DNA of 64,000 nucleotides from Neodothiora populina (Eukaryota): NCBI RefSeq assembly GCF_041146345.1, contig NW_027191409.1, positions 1,054,001 to 1,118,000 of the forward strand, read 5' to 3'. Shown piece by piece: positions 1 to 12,833 of this stretch (position 1 is its first letter; each line of letters starts with the position of its first letter). The notes under the pieces were generated by a model. It saw only the letters and a program-made list of their open reading frames with translations, ran no database searches and was not told where the DNA came from. The position numbers and the translations under genes were made by a program.

Positions 1-2
1 AC

Positions 3-371
3 CAAGAAGCAGCGCAAGAAGACGACGACGAGGAGGAGGAGGAGGAGGAGGAGGAGGAGGAGGAGGAAGCAAGATCAGAAGCAAACGACGAGCAAGACCG
101 ACCAGAACTACCGCGCGAACGCACAGAGGACATATCGCCCAAATCCGTGCACGCGGCCAAGTTCCCTAGTTTCAGCGAGACGAACAATCTCAAGGCGATA
201 GGAATACCGCATGCCGCCGTCGAAGCACACGTGGACGATGACGATGATGACGAAGAGGACAATGCAGCAGGTGAGAGTGAGAAACACGATTCCACTTCTG
301 CTCCTGCTCTTTCTCCTGCAACCGAACAGACCAAGGAAGACGACGAGGGCTTCGATGATGTTGCGCTCTGA
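3..371 (+). CDS. 3' end of a truncated gene with an acidic low-complexity C-terminus (product unknown)
   Basis: Frame 3 is open from the window edge (QEAAQEDDDEEEE...) to TGA at 369-371, followed by UTR-like sequence. Confidence 0.6.
   Translation, partial: QEAAQEDDDEEEEEEEEEEEEEARSEANDEQDRPELPRERTEDISPKSVHAAKFPSFSETNNLKAIGIPHAAVEAHVDDDDDDEEDNAAGESEKHDSTSAPALSPATEQTKEDDEGFDDVAL
30..65 (+). repeat. (GAG)12 coding microsatellite (poly-Glu)
   Basis: Direct reading of 12 GAG units. Confidence 0.95.
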
Positions 372-927
372 GGACTCTTGTCACAGTGAATAATCCCCTT
401 GTCTCTGCTTTCTCCTTCCTGCTCTTGTCCCCATCTGTTAAGCTATCATCGTGTAATCTCCACATCTTAGACCTTTCTTCCAGCGTCATCTTTTTCTGCC
501 GTTCTGTCTTGCCTCAAACGGAGCTGGTGGAAACCTTCTTGTTGTCATTGTCATTAGTAGTCATGTCTTAAATCCTCTTTCTGCCCTCTGCCTGCTCCCT
601 TTGTTCCTACGGTCTAGGGAAGACGTTTGGCCTTCGGAAAAAGAGAATCACACGTGTTGGCATACAGAGTAGAAAGGGAATATAATTACATGCTCTTGTC
701 CCACACCATTTGTTCCCATTTTCCGTTAGTCAGTCGATTATTGCAGTAGTAGCCTTTCGTCAGAAACATTAAATGTACACGCAGTAAGATGCTTGCTTTT
801 CCCCGATTGCACACGCTGTAAATGATTTTTTTTCCCACAAAGTAAGAAACATATCGCTTAGGTACAGAACAGATTCTGTCAGCAAGCCGTACCATGCGTC
901 TTACACCATCACCACAGCAAAATCGCT

Positions 928-2833
928 TCACTCTTCGAATTCAGAGTCGACGTCGCTGGCTGCGCTGCTCTCATCCTCCTCGTCGTCGTCTTCGTCGAAC
1001 TCCTCGGCAGCTTTCTTTGTCGCGTTCTTGCCGCGCCCTTTCTTCTCCGTTACCTTCGCTTTCGCCGCTCTCTGTCTTGGGGCCCGACGTCGAGGTGGAG
1101 ATGCAGCCGGTGGTGAGTCTTCTAGATCGGAATCTGCGTCGCTCAATCCACTACTCTCGGCTAGCTCTTCTTCCTCGCTGTCGTTGTCCTTGGCTTGTTT
1201 CTTGCCGCCTTTCGCGCCCTTCTTCTTGGGTGTGCTCTTGGAACCAGTCTTGCTTTCTTCACCATCACCGCTGACGCGTCCGTTCTTCTTGGGCTCGAAC
1301 CTGGTGACCAGGTGCTCGATTGGACAGCCGTTGCTCCACTCCGCGCTCGCTGTTGTCGTGGCAGCTTTACATCTTGGGCAGACCTTGCCGTGCTTGATGA
1401 GTAGCTGATGAAGCGGGTACTTGAGATCATCAGGCACTCGAAGTTCGCAGTGCTTGTATGCTGATTCTCTTCCGACTCTGGGCTCGCCCTTCTTGACTTC
1501 ATTGGGAGGAGGAACCCATCCTAGGTACTGGACCAGACGAAACACGTGAGTGTCGACCGCAAAACTGGGTCTGCGTAGGCAGAAGAGCGCTACACATGAC
1601 GCCGTCTTTGGTCCAATACCGGGAAATTCAGACATGCGATCTATAGCAGCTTGAGTTTCCATAAGGTGAAGGTGATCAAGCGAGAGGACATTGGACTCGG
1701 CACGTGCAATTTCGGACTCTTTTTCTTCTGCAGGTTCGTTCTCCGAGCCCGCAGGACCGGCTTGCGACGCTGCCGTCTTGTCGCCCGAATCCGCCGCTTC
1801 CTGCTCTTCTTTGAGTGCATTTCGGCGTGCTTGATTCTCCTGATACGTAATCTCCAGAATCGCTTTGATGTCTTTGCTTTTCATCTGCGCGAGGCCGCCA
1901 GACTTGATTGCCTCGAAGACCTCGCGCTGTGAGGCAAGACGGACCTTGTTCCAGTCTATCAAACAAAGTAAGCATTTGTCCCGGATCAATCACATTAGTA
2001 AGATATTTCATATGCATACCAACACTGCCTTTGCCTACGCCTTCTTTGATGGTACCAAACGTCTTCACTAATCCTTGGAACGCTCGAGAAGAGTTGGTTC
2101 CCGTGGTGGCCGCTGAGAGACGGGTACGAATCAATGCATCTAGAACAGAAGGTACCTCTCCGCATCCTGCCACGGTGACCGATGGTACTGGAATGCTCTC
2201 AGGCTTCTTTACTTTCCCGTGGACCTTGGAGAGGATTCTGTCGACCTCATAGCATTCCTCCGAGGTAGGATGAGGCCAATCTGGGTAAGGCGTTTGTCCG
2301 GGCATGAATCCATATTTGTTGTTCTTCGCCGCTGCCTTTCCAGATTTTGTTTTCGGTGCAATTTCAGACTTGGTCGGATCTGATTTCACATCCAGTCCCT
2401 TGTCATCCTCGGTCTTGATTAAGTCCGCCTTCTCGGCCAATTCTTTGACATCCTCGGACTCGGCTTTGACTTGAACCTTCTGACTAGAGCGACGAGCGCG
2501 CTTCTTAGCTGGCGGGGAGCTTTCACTCTTTACCTTGGTAGCCTCGTCACTGGCTTCAGGAGTTGGTATATCCCCGAGGCCATGTGGCAACTCGTCCAGT
2601 ACTTTGTCATTTTCTTCAGAATCTCGAGTACGTTTTCGAGTACCAGATGTCTTCGGATCTTCGACAGAACTTTTGTTGACTTTGCTTTTTGCATCTGCAG
2701 TAGAGGATGGAGTTTGCTTCTTTTGACGAGTCTGGCGCTTTCCACTTGGCGCAGGAGTGATTGGAGGGCTCGACAGCTGCTGTGGTTCTTTAGTCGAGGC
2801 CGCGCTTGCACGAGTTCTTCTTTGCGGCGCCAT
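928..2833 (-). CDS. HhH-GPD superfamily (endonuclease III-like) DNA glycosylase
   Basis: HhH motif FPGIGPKTASCVALF, catalytic AVDTHV, and SVLDALIRTRLS motif. Intron 1956-2019 joins the two ORFs (GSV-D-WNKV). Long basic/acidic disordered termini. Confidence 0.9.
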
Positions 2834-3560
2834 AGCGACTACCAACGACGACAGTCTGACTTGGTAAGTATGATTTGTTGATGCTAAGGGTCTTCTGCAG
2901 CAATGATTTTGTGACACTCTACATACAGAGTTGAGAAATCTATAAGCCAGTATGTATCGCTCGAACCTTGGGTGGTTGCACACGCCTCGAGTATGAACCA
3001 CGTCAACTATTAAATAATCGAACGAATGATCTCTCTAGCCTGATATGTGCCAACAGTACTGTACAACGATGGGCGAAGTCTTCAGAAGGACACAACTTTA
3101 CTACCACATTTCATATTACATCAAGCTAACATGGAAGGTGCAAAGTATCTCGACGTCGCCAGCCAGCCAATTTCTTGATGGTGACGTACAGGACTGGACT
3201 CGACGGATTTAAGGCAGACGGGAATGGGCGATGTATTTGTCCGGCCCCTAGGTATTCGTCCGCTTGAGACCCCGGAGCAAGTGCAACATGGTATGCTAAT
3301 TCCGTTGTGCCTGAAGGATCACAGCAACTACCAATTCGACATCTGGAATGTAAAAGGACGATATATAAGTAGGCTGCGGTACGCGTAGAGTCTCTTGTAG
3401 TTTTTATATATCTCAATAGCCCATTCCCAAGGAACGTGTTTGCACTTGACACTGAGCTCTCTAGATGCAGTGATGATCACAAACGCAAAAGGCACCTTGA
3501 GCTTACCGTATCACTACCGTTTGAATCCTAATCTCAAGATCACTATCGATATACATCAAT

Positions 3561-4618
3561 ATGGCTTTTCTATACGATGCAAGACATGTCTTCTATTCAC
3601 AATTCTTTGTAACACCAGCTTTGCCGAAGTCGTCTTGTGAGGGCAAGACCGTCATTGTGACCGGTGCCAACGTCGGCCTAGGCTATGAGGCAGCAAAGCA
3701 CTTTGTGCGACTCGGAGCCGAGAAGGTCATCTTAGGATGTCGCAGCGTTGAGAAAGGTCAAACAGCGGCGGAGGCTATCGAGCGTGAGGAACATAGAACA
3801 GGAGTTGTCGAGGTGTGGCAACTTGACTTGTCCAAGTACGAGAGCGTCGAACAATTTGCTAAAAAGGTGGACGGCCTCAAAAGAATTGACATGATTATCG
3901 AGAACGCTGGTATGTTGATGATCGATATCTTGTGATATGATATCTTCATATGGACTGATATCGATATTCTTCAGGCATTGCAACTGAGAAGTTCTCCAAG
4001 GCTGAAGCTGATGAAAGTACCATCACCGTCAATGTTGTTTCGACCTTCCTCCTGGCACTGCTCGCCCTACCAGCCCTCAAGCGCACTGCCGAGACTTATT
4101 CAATCACTCCTACTCTGACCATCGTGAGCTCTGATGTCCACTTCTTTGTCGAGTTTCCTGAACGCAACGCTCAGACCTCCATCTTCGAAGCTCTCAGCGA
4201 TAGTACCAAGGCAAACATGTCAGAGCGCTACCATGTTTCCAAGCTTCTCGAGATCCTTGTTGTTCGTGAGCTCTGCCAGACACAAATTTCTCGACCTTAC
4301 CCAGTTACCATCAACACCCCTACTCCAGGCTTCTGTTACTCAGAATTGGTTCGCGAAGCTGAGGGTACATGGCGAGGAACCTTTTACAATATCATGAAAA
4401 GGCTAGTGGCAAGAACCACTGAGGTCGGTAGCAGAACCCTGGTGCTCTGTGGACTAGCCGGCCAGGAGACCCATGGCGAGTGGATGGTGGATGGCAAACC
4501 TGCCAGAACATCCTCATTTACGACAAGTGAGGAGGGCAAGAAAGTGGGAGCGCGTGTGTGGAAGGAATTGAGCGAGAAGCTGGAAGCTATCCATCCTGGC
4601 ATTCTTCGTAACCTCTGA
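3561..4618 (+). CDS. Short-chain dehydrogenase/reductase (retinol dehydrogenase/WWOX-like)
   Basis: TGANVGLG Rossmann motif, ENAG, catalytic YHVSK (YxxxK); intron 3910-3974; TATA-like element near 3405. Confidence 0.9.
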
Positions 4619-5102
4619 TTTCAACACCTCATCAGATAAACATAACACATTGATACAATCTTACATCGTTCTACTTTCTTGGTATCAGACGAAGAGGATC
4701 TATAAATTCACGATTTCAATCAATACGATAGGGGCCCCAAAGCCTTCAAAATCTGAGAGGCTCATGATGCATGCTAGATAGTACATGACGCGAAAGTTCT
4801 CTCACACCATACCGTGATAAGACCACGCATCGAGCAGAGAAGAGTGCACGAAGTGAGCAAACTTCAATAATATCCCAAATGTTCCTCGAGATGTCATAGA
4901 GCTTTGAATCATGGAGATTGCATGGCAACACTTTATCAAATCATTTCTGCTTAGCGTAGTTGAAACAACATCAATATTCCAAATTTTTGATGCTATGAAG
5001 TTCCAATATTCCGCACAAAGCACTGTGCGTCCAGCTAATTGGAGCTTTGCTCGACCAAATGAGATACGCTCATGGCAACAAGTCCCAGACTCTACTGATA
5101 AT

Positions 5103-6410
5103 TTATTCCATGACCAGAACACTGCGGAATCTGGCTTTGCCGGAGAGCATGTGCTCCACTGCGTCCTGTACCTTTGCCAGTGGGAAGGTCTCGACCATAC
5201 ACTTGACGTCGAGGTGCTGAGCGAAGTTCTGCCAGAGGCTTTTAGTGATATTACTTGATACCGAGATGGATGCAGAAGATACTTACGATGGCCTCGACGG
5301 AGTCTAGTGCGTGGCCAGAGGGCCAACCATGAACACTGATGTTCTTGGTGATCATAGGAATAGTGTTGATAGGGATCTCGCCAACAGCTGCATGGTAGCA
5401 AGTGTTAGTGGTCTATCGACGCATGCTGCTCTAGAAAATGATGTACTTACGGGCAAGAATCAGAAGCTTTCCGCCAGCGGCGCAACCGTTGATCATGGGT
5501 CCCATTACTTCTGGGTTTGGCGCAGTGATGACGACGAGAGCAGCACCTCCAATTTTCTGCAGGGCCTCGGCAGCATCCTCTTTACTTGTGTCAATGTAGT
5601 CATTTGCACCGAGCTTTGTTGCAAAATCCTTCTTCTTATCAGAGGTGGATATGGCAACGGTGCGGTATCCCATACGGCGGGAGTACTGGAGAGCCCTTGG
5701 AGGAAATCAACATCTGACTGAAGGGTCCGGGTGAATCCACTTACAGATGGCCCAAGCCTCCAAGTCCTTGGATAGCAACTGTATCACCCTGTGTGATGTT
5801 CATCTTGCGCATACCATTGAACACGGTCACTCCCGCGCAGAGAAGAGGGGCATAGTCAGCAGCCGGAACATCTGTAGGGATCTGAACTGCCGCTTCAGTG
5901 CGAAGAGTGCAATATTCAGCATCTGGAACACGAAATCAGTACATGCTTAAGCAGGCGGATAATCCTTCATTTCACATACATCCGCCGTTGCGGGTGACAC
6001 CGTTGACCGCTTCGTTGTCACACATCTGGAACATGCCTCTGTTGCATGCCTTGCAGATGCCGTCGTGACCACCATGCCTGCCCAAGTATCAATATATGGT
6101 TGTAAAAGCTTATACATTTGTCCTACCAGGCGCCGCCAACACGGTCACCGACCTTCCACCTTTTCTCTGTTGAAGGTACAGCAACAATCTTGCCAATCAC
6201 TTCATGGCCGGGTGTGATTGGAAAGGTGACCATCGGCCCAAAGGCACCTTGTTGGACAAAAGAGTCAGAGTGGCACACACCGCATGCCTCGACCTTGATC
6301 AGAACCTCGCCTTCTTTTGGTTCTTCGACAGGAACATCTTTGATGGTGTAAGGTGCGCCAACCTTCTCGATTACAACCGCCTTGCAAGTTGATGGGAATT
6401 TTGAAGACAT
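5103..6410 (-). CDS. Zinc-dependent alcohol dehydrogenase (MDR family), 6 exons
   Basis: CGVCHSD, PGHEVIG, CKAC...C structural-Zn-type segment, APLLCAGVTV, GLGGLG, C-terminal KARFRSVLVME*; five GT-AG introns give a continuous frame. Confidence 0.92.
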
Positions 6411-7346
6411 AGTAAAGGTTTACTGTTGAAGCAGCTCGTGGTCTTGGTCTGAACGTGAGGAGAAAGAAATCAAATAAGAAGCAGCTCTACCTACCGTCGA
6501 GAGATGGCTCTTATAAGATGGAAAATGATTACAGTGTGGCTTTCGGCCTTGAGAGCTACGTCTTACCTCCAGAGCTCCGGCTTACATCTGAAGCTTTAAA
6601 ACCGTTGACAGGTACTAAACCTTGTCCACTATGAGCCACTGTTGTTTAATTTTGAGTTTAGAGTTCGCTGACCACCTCTAGACTGCGTATGAGTGACTTC
6701 ACTTGTCGTGTAAGCTTCGACTTCGTGCGATGGAAGAGTACAAGGTCAGGTAGATTCGTGGGGCCGGAGATAAGATCAAAAGCTAATATCCGCCAACAGT
6801 TGCCGGTACGACTAATGATCCCCTCGGTCATATATCTTTCGATAAAGAGCAATGTACAGTAGTTGAGCTCAAAGCTCGTGTAGTAAGATGTCAGATTGTG
6901 AGATTTTAGCGTACGCCGCACATGCAGAGTAGACCGCGACAGCTTGGAAGCACGAATATGCGGAGACAAAGACGTTGAGCAGAGCAGGGCGAGCATTACA
7001 GATATAGCAAGCTCTCAGGATGCTACCTCGTTAGCAGTATGCTACTGTGCTATCTGAGGTAAGCAATATATTTCAAGATCGACCTGCATGAGCTGTCAAA
7101 TAGATTAAGGTAAGTGCTTCTTGGTTTTAGGGGACCGAAATCAGCCGAGGCGAGTCTGTGTGGATATACTTGTAGGATTGGCATCGTCCCGCTCTCCATT
7201 CCTGACCTTGTTGGTCCTGAATCCTTTGCGATCTCCTAAAAAGGTCTGTCTCTGCTAGTGAGCATATCTACATACGCTTGGCATGCTAGATAATCACTCT
7301 GTCGAGTCATCGTATCGTCTCAGACGTCATTATCACAACAAGAGTC

Positions 7347-9794
7347 ATGGAGAGCACTTGGGAGTTGATGGACGATGAGTACAACAACTTGGTCAACTGG
7401 GACGCGATAAGTATCCCTACTGCGTCTTCTTCTTGGGAGCACGTCGAAAATGAGTCCGCTTCCATTTCGCAGGGTGTAGCTGCCGACGATAGTTTTTTAA
7501 ACGTCAACAGCATAAGGCACTCTGATGAACAGGCGACTCCAGACCAAATAGCGACTATTACACCGCCAGGAAATTCTGCCTATGCAGATCATGCTCACTT
7601 TGGTGGGGACATCCCCCAAGTTATGCAAGGTGCTTGTACCTTGCTTGACGGAAGTCCGAGTCTCCCATCAACTCTCCAGCTGGATGAATCATCTTACTCA
7701 ACGCCATTTGACATCGTTGAGATCGACCATCAAGCATCCTATGGCTATCAGCCTGTGGAGGATCTTGGGGACCCCATTATATATTCCGCAATACCGACCA
7801 CCTATCATGTTCGCTCCCTTGACTTTGGGGATACTCGGTTCAACAGTTCGGAATCAAATCCGCAGATTGAACCATGGACCTCAGGTCTAAGCCCATCATT
7901 CCCTGCACCAGTCTACGACACTAGTGTGCCACTGGCGTATGGGATACCACCATGGAATACAACTTTATCGCTCACGCCTGAAGTCATGATAGAGAACACA
8001 TCGAATCATGGAGGTGAAGCTGTCAACGAGCACATGCTGGGGATTCAGAGTCTCATCACTCCAGCAAATGAGGCTCCATGGACTGCGTATAGGATGCAAT
8101 ATGCATCCCTCGCACAGAACAGTCCTCCACAATCGTTGCTAGGTCTACATGAACAGCCATTGCGAGTCAGGGACCTTCAGCCTGTGTCTCGCATCGCAAC
8201 ACACTCATCTCGTGGGCGAGGAAGTGTACGATCATTAGCACACGCAATCAGACCTCGGGAAGATCAATCACAGTCGCGAGAGCCTCGCAATCTGCAGATG
8301 AATCTTGCCACCCAACAGCGGCCTAGATATGGCGGCAGGAAAGGTGGGCTGCCCGCGGCAAAAAGGACCCAAGCAAGCGCAATGAGACAGAAGGGTGCGT
8401 GTTGGATATGCGCGCTCCAGCGAATTCAATGCGACAATACTGGTGACACATGTAAAAGGTGTTCTGACAGGCTTAACGCACAGGGTCCGTCACACCCTCT
8501 GCCCTGTACTCGCCAGCCTTTGACAGACTTGGCGGATTCTTTTCTACCAAATAAGATGACGAACATACATCGCCATGAAGCTATACAGGACTTCCTGAAG
8601 ACAAGCATGAACCAGTGGGTCGATGGTCATAGTGGCCGCGGAATCGAGGTCCACCTTACTATCGGTTACGGACCACCGCTGCTATTGGTCATGCATGAGT
8701 TCGTACCTCGCCAAGCTGACGTAGTTGCGCAGTTACAGTGGGTACAGGACGAGAATGGGAAAAGGACCAGTGTCACGAAGCTATCGCCGCCGCTTGCGAT
8801 CAAAACTCTGAATCGGCACGAAGAATACAAACACTATGAGAAATTTCTCGATCGCATCATAGAAAACCATCTTGACGCCTTCGAGAAGACCTACTGTGAG
8901 GACCAAGACGATGATCCCTTTCGCAAGGATATGTTTAGACTCTTGTGTACGCTCTTTCGAGGATTGGCTGCGAATTCTATGGTAGGTGCCGCGGGCCGAA
9001 GGTTTTCAAGCAGCAGATCTGACATAGGATCATAGGATAACGTTCTGAGGAAGGATCTTTCGATGGCGTTTAGAAGCATCCTCACAACCGACATAATGCT
9101 GCATCACGTCATTCTCGAAGAAAGCTCCAAAGCTGAAGTGATCTCCCAGTTGAGCTGCTATAATGATCCCTCGAGTTATGGGTCATATACTTCTCCAAAA
9201 GTGGCGAATCGTCAACTAAAGTCGTTCTTTTCGTCATTGCAGAAGAAATACTACGAAGACTTATTGTCCCGTTATCACGGAATCTTAAGATCTGGCAAAG
9301 GAAAAGAGAAAGAGCGCAGGTGGATTTCCTCCTTTGTAATCATGCTTGCGCTTGCACTCTGTGAGGAGGAGATGCAACATACGCGTGTTTTACGCGCAGA
9401 TGGAGATCGACAACGAAACGGTGGTGACTCGGCATATGAGTTCGAGCATGCAAAGCAGGACTGCCGAGAGATTGACAGGGCATTCGACTTTCTAGTCAAA
9501 CTATTCCATTGCAAATACAGTCGCCAAAGACGACATCAAGCTCAAATTGATGATTGGCAAACCAAGCCCGAAAGTCAGGCCGAGAGAGGTTTTGTGCATA
9601 GTCTTGTCGACCTTAGCCAAAGCCACCGTAAGTGATCTCTGCATTTGATCTGTTCGGTAAATTTGCTAACTGTTTCAGGAATGAATTTGCTCATGCGAAA
9701 AGATTGGAACATTCCTTCCACTATCGATCACAGCTACAAGTCACGACTCGTAGCTCAATTCTTGGTCGGCTTTTTTGGGCTTGGTGGCCATTAA
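7347..9794 (+). CDS. Fungal transcription factor with an internal atypical Zn2Cys6 cluster (paralog A)
   Basis: GGRKGGL...MRQKGA-CWICALQRIQCDNTGDTCKRC-x14-C; acidic disordered N-terminus; introns 8982-9035 and 9628-9678 keep frame. Confidence 0.85.
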
Positions 9795-11669
9795 TATGGG
9801 TCATATCCTGAAAGCTACTCCAACAATATCAACACTGCTCTTGTCGACTTATGGTAAAAGTTTTGTTTTATTGCCTTCCTCGGAGTGTCTTTTGGTCCTT
9901 CATCTTTCTAGCATTTTATGCTACGCGACGATACCCGGTTTTTGTCTTCATTGTTCCGTTTTTGTCACGAAATATAGTAAGACATACAGGAGGGAACATC
10001 ACAGCACCATTATCCATTAAGTATTGTCATTTAGTCGACGCGCAAAATTATGCTTGTCAGATTTATGATTTCTCGATTTATCATTTTCAATGCTACGTAC
10101 GTCCCATAGGTCTATGCCAATGAGGAGGTAGTAACAAGGGCGGAGACAAGCTATGGGATGATCATCAGTCTCACCTTATAGCGCCTTGACCCTTCCACAA
10201 GAGAATATTGCAACGAGTTTTTGTACAGTCGAATGCATGACTTTGTATTTCTCTATGTAGAAGCTGGTATCGAAGTCTCGCCGCAGTTTATTGAGGTTGA
10301 ACAAGAGTGTGCTGCCGATAGAGTCAGCCGCTAAGCTACCTAGGTAAGGTAGGGAGGTACAAGCTATAAAAATGGCTACTCCCACTGGTAGTGATGTACT
10401 GTACCTTACATACAAACTTTCATGACAAAGTCATACGGTCTATTTTTGACCAGAAAGACGCCATTGATTTCGTCAACATGATCAATGCTTAACATAGGTA
10501 GCAGATGAATTGACTATGGGTCAACGACACCAGGACCCTCGTTACCGAGTTCCAGCAATAATCTGGGGTCGATCGCGGAGCAGAAAGAGTACTGTACCAA
10601 ACTTGTACAAACACGTCTTGTCCCAGGTTCATTATTTCTATATGAAGCAACAATGTTCGCGCTATGGCCCCTATCTTAAAACTATAAAAAGTTGATGGGT
10701 CTCAAAGTGATTTGAATCAGCATGAAACGTCTGTGTCATAGACATTATTGTATGCGATGACTCTCGGGATAATCACAGTCAGCCTCGAGTGACTTGTGGT
10801 ACCCTGGTATGCCTACCTCCACAAAGGATGCCGCATATAGCTTTATGGATGGCGTAAACGCCGTAGCTCATGACTAAGATATGAGTCCGGGATGCATGCG
10901 CGCTGATTCGAGATTTCATGTCGTCGCAGGTTGTGGCAAGACCCTCTGGTGGTTTTGCATCAGGGCTACCCATCGTCCCAGGTCACTGGTGATGCCGTCG
11001 AGAGCTTTTGAAGTAATTGACCAACATGTCCTGCCAACGGCTAACAGGGTCATCTCTGTATCACACAATGCTAGTCAGGCGATGCCTAGTTCTTGTAGAT
11101 ATCCCCGAACTTGAGATTCACGTCGATATGCACATTGCATGAAACCATCTCTTGGGTAGATTGATGCTGCAGCGCCAAGCCACAACTTAGATATTGCAAA
11201 AACGTAGTAAAGATTTGTGCCTCGATTGAAGGTCACACAGAAAAGTGAAAACCGACCGCGTCCCTTAGCGGCCTATGAACCAATAAACCCGATGACTTAT
11301 CCTGGGACAACGACGGGCCTAAGCGATGCCCATCTGCCAAACCCTAGATGAAACCCCGTTCCCGAATTCGTAAATTGCAACACGATGGTTGGTGAAAAGA
11401 CCATGAAATTCGCCCAGAATTTGCGCCGTCATATGCTTCTCCAAAGCATTGTTCCCATAAAGCGTTATCCCAGACCCGATCCGGCGCCTTCGCTAATTCC
11501 CAAACACAAGTTGAATGGCGATGTATCCCATGACCGATATTGGTAATGGTGTAGAGACTGCCAAGTGGATAATACAGTGATGTACTGCAGTATATTTAGT
11601 AAGAGCTGTCTTGGAGATCATCAGACTGATCTACTGACCTTCATTGTACATAGTCTTTGTGTCGATCTA

Positions 11670-11822
11670 TTATCGAAGACCGCCATCATCGCCAGGCTGG
11701 GGTTTTGAAGAAGGGGCGATACGAGATGCTCCTCTGCCCTTAGGTTGAGGTCGCTTTGGTGGCTTGTAACTTGCACCACCATTGTCACCCGGCTGAGGTT
11801 TTGCAGGCTTGTAGAAAAGCAT
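11670..11822 (-). CDS. 50-aa Pro/Gly/Lys-rich tandem-repeat microprotein (MLFYKPAKPQPGDNGGASYKPPKRPQPKGRGASRIAPSSKPQPGDDGGLR)
   Basis: ATG in ACAATG context, CT- then CA-rich leader, TATATA near 11990, double stop TAA TAG. Internal repeats are conserved at amino-acid level with synonymous codon changes. Confidence 0.75.
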   Translation of the reverse strand: MLFYKPAKPQPGDNGGASYKPPKRPQPKGRGASRIAPSSKPQPGDDGGLR

Positions 11823-12001
11823 TGTGGAGTTGGGTGTTTGAAGAATGAAAATGCTTGAGATGGGTATGGATATGTGGGCTTCTTTGTATGTTTTGCTTCT
11901 GATAGTACAGATGTGATGACTGTAGATGGAATGTATAAAGAGATATGTGATAAAAAAGAGAGACTTATACACTTAGACCAAGGCTGGGTATATATGACCA
12001 A

Positions 12002-12833
12002 AGGCAGTGGCAAAGCTAAGTTAATTCGAGGCAACGATGATGATGTTGGAATGGTAGTCTGCCTTCGCGTATGCCTGATTTGTCTATAGCCAAGCACTTA
12101 GGCAGAGTAAGTGAGTGAAGTGAACGCTCTGACCCGCTGTGAGTAACGTGGTGTTGCAGACGGTGACTGTTTGCAGGCAACGATGATGAACTCTGTGACA
12201 TCAAATGGCCAGACTCGTAGCTATTATGCTTCCCGTGAGCAGTCATGCGCCACAACACCGGGCACTGCTATACAGAGCCAGTGGAGGCACAGTGGTCGCC
12301 TAGATGGCCATGCTTTGGGATATGTCATTGCGGACGCGTGCCGGGCCGTAACAATGGCTAAGAAAGGCATCTTGCGAGGCTTGAAACAAACCGCACAGGG
12401 CGCAGTATGTCTAGCTACGACGGGTAACCTTCTCGAAGACAATTAAGCAGTATTTTGGCCAGAGCTAACGACCGTAGTCCCCGAAACATGATCGGTAGCC
12501 ACGGGGAAGTGGCTGTGGTAGCAAGGAGCGTAGCTAAAAGCGTGACCTGGGAGAGAAGAATGACGCAGGTACCAGTGACGCATCTTGTTGGTTACGCAGA
12601 AAAGGCATCGACAATGCCTATTTTGTATAGCGCTCGAGCCTAGGGAAAGGCCCTGCGGTCAATCGCTTCACCCTGAACCGGATGAGGCAGCGGAGTGAGG
12701 CGCAGAGGCTTGTTAGACTAAATGGCTTCCTAATTCATGTCTGATGGCCTTAGGAGCTCAGGAGGAGTCATTCCTGAAAAAGCCCGGGCCGCCTTATGAC
12801 ACAAGAACTGAAGTCAGTGCGTCCGGGAAGGCA
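12002..12833. promoter_or_regulatory. Cluster of 12 AGGCA/TGCCT elements upstream of the microprotein gene
   Basis: Sites start at 12002, 12029, 12060, 12072, 12100, 12175, 12285, 12365, 12603, 12615, 12685 and 12829. Includes a 15-nt direct repeat and an AGGCAT-N5-ATGCCT palindrome. Confidence 0.55.
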
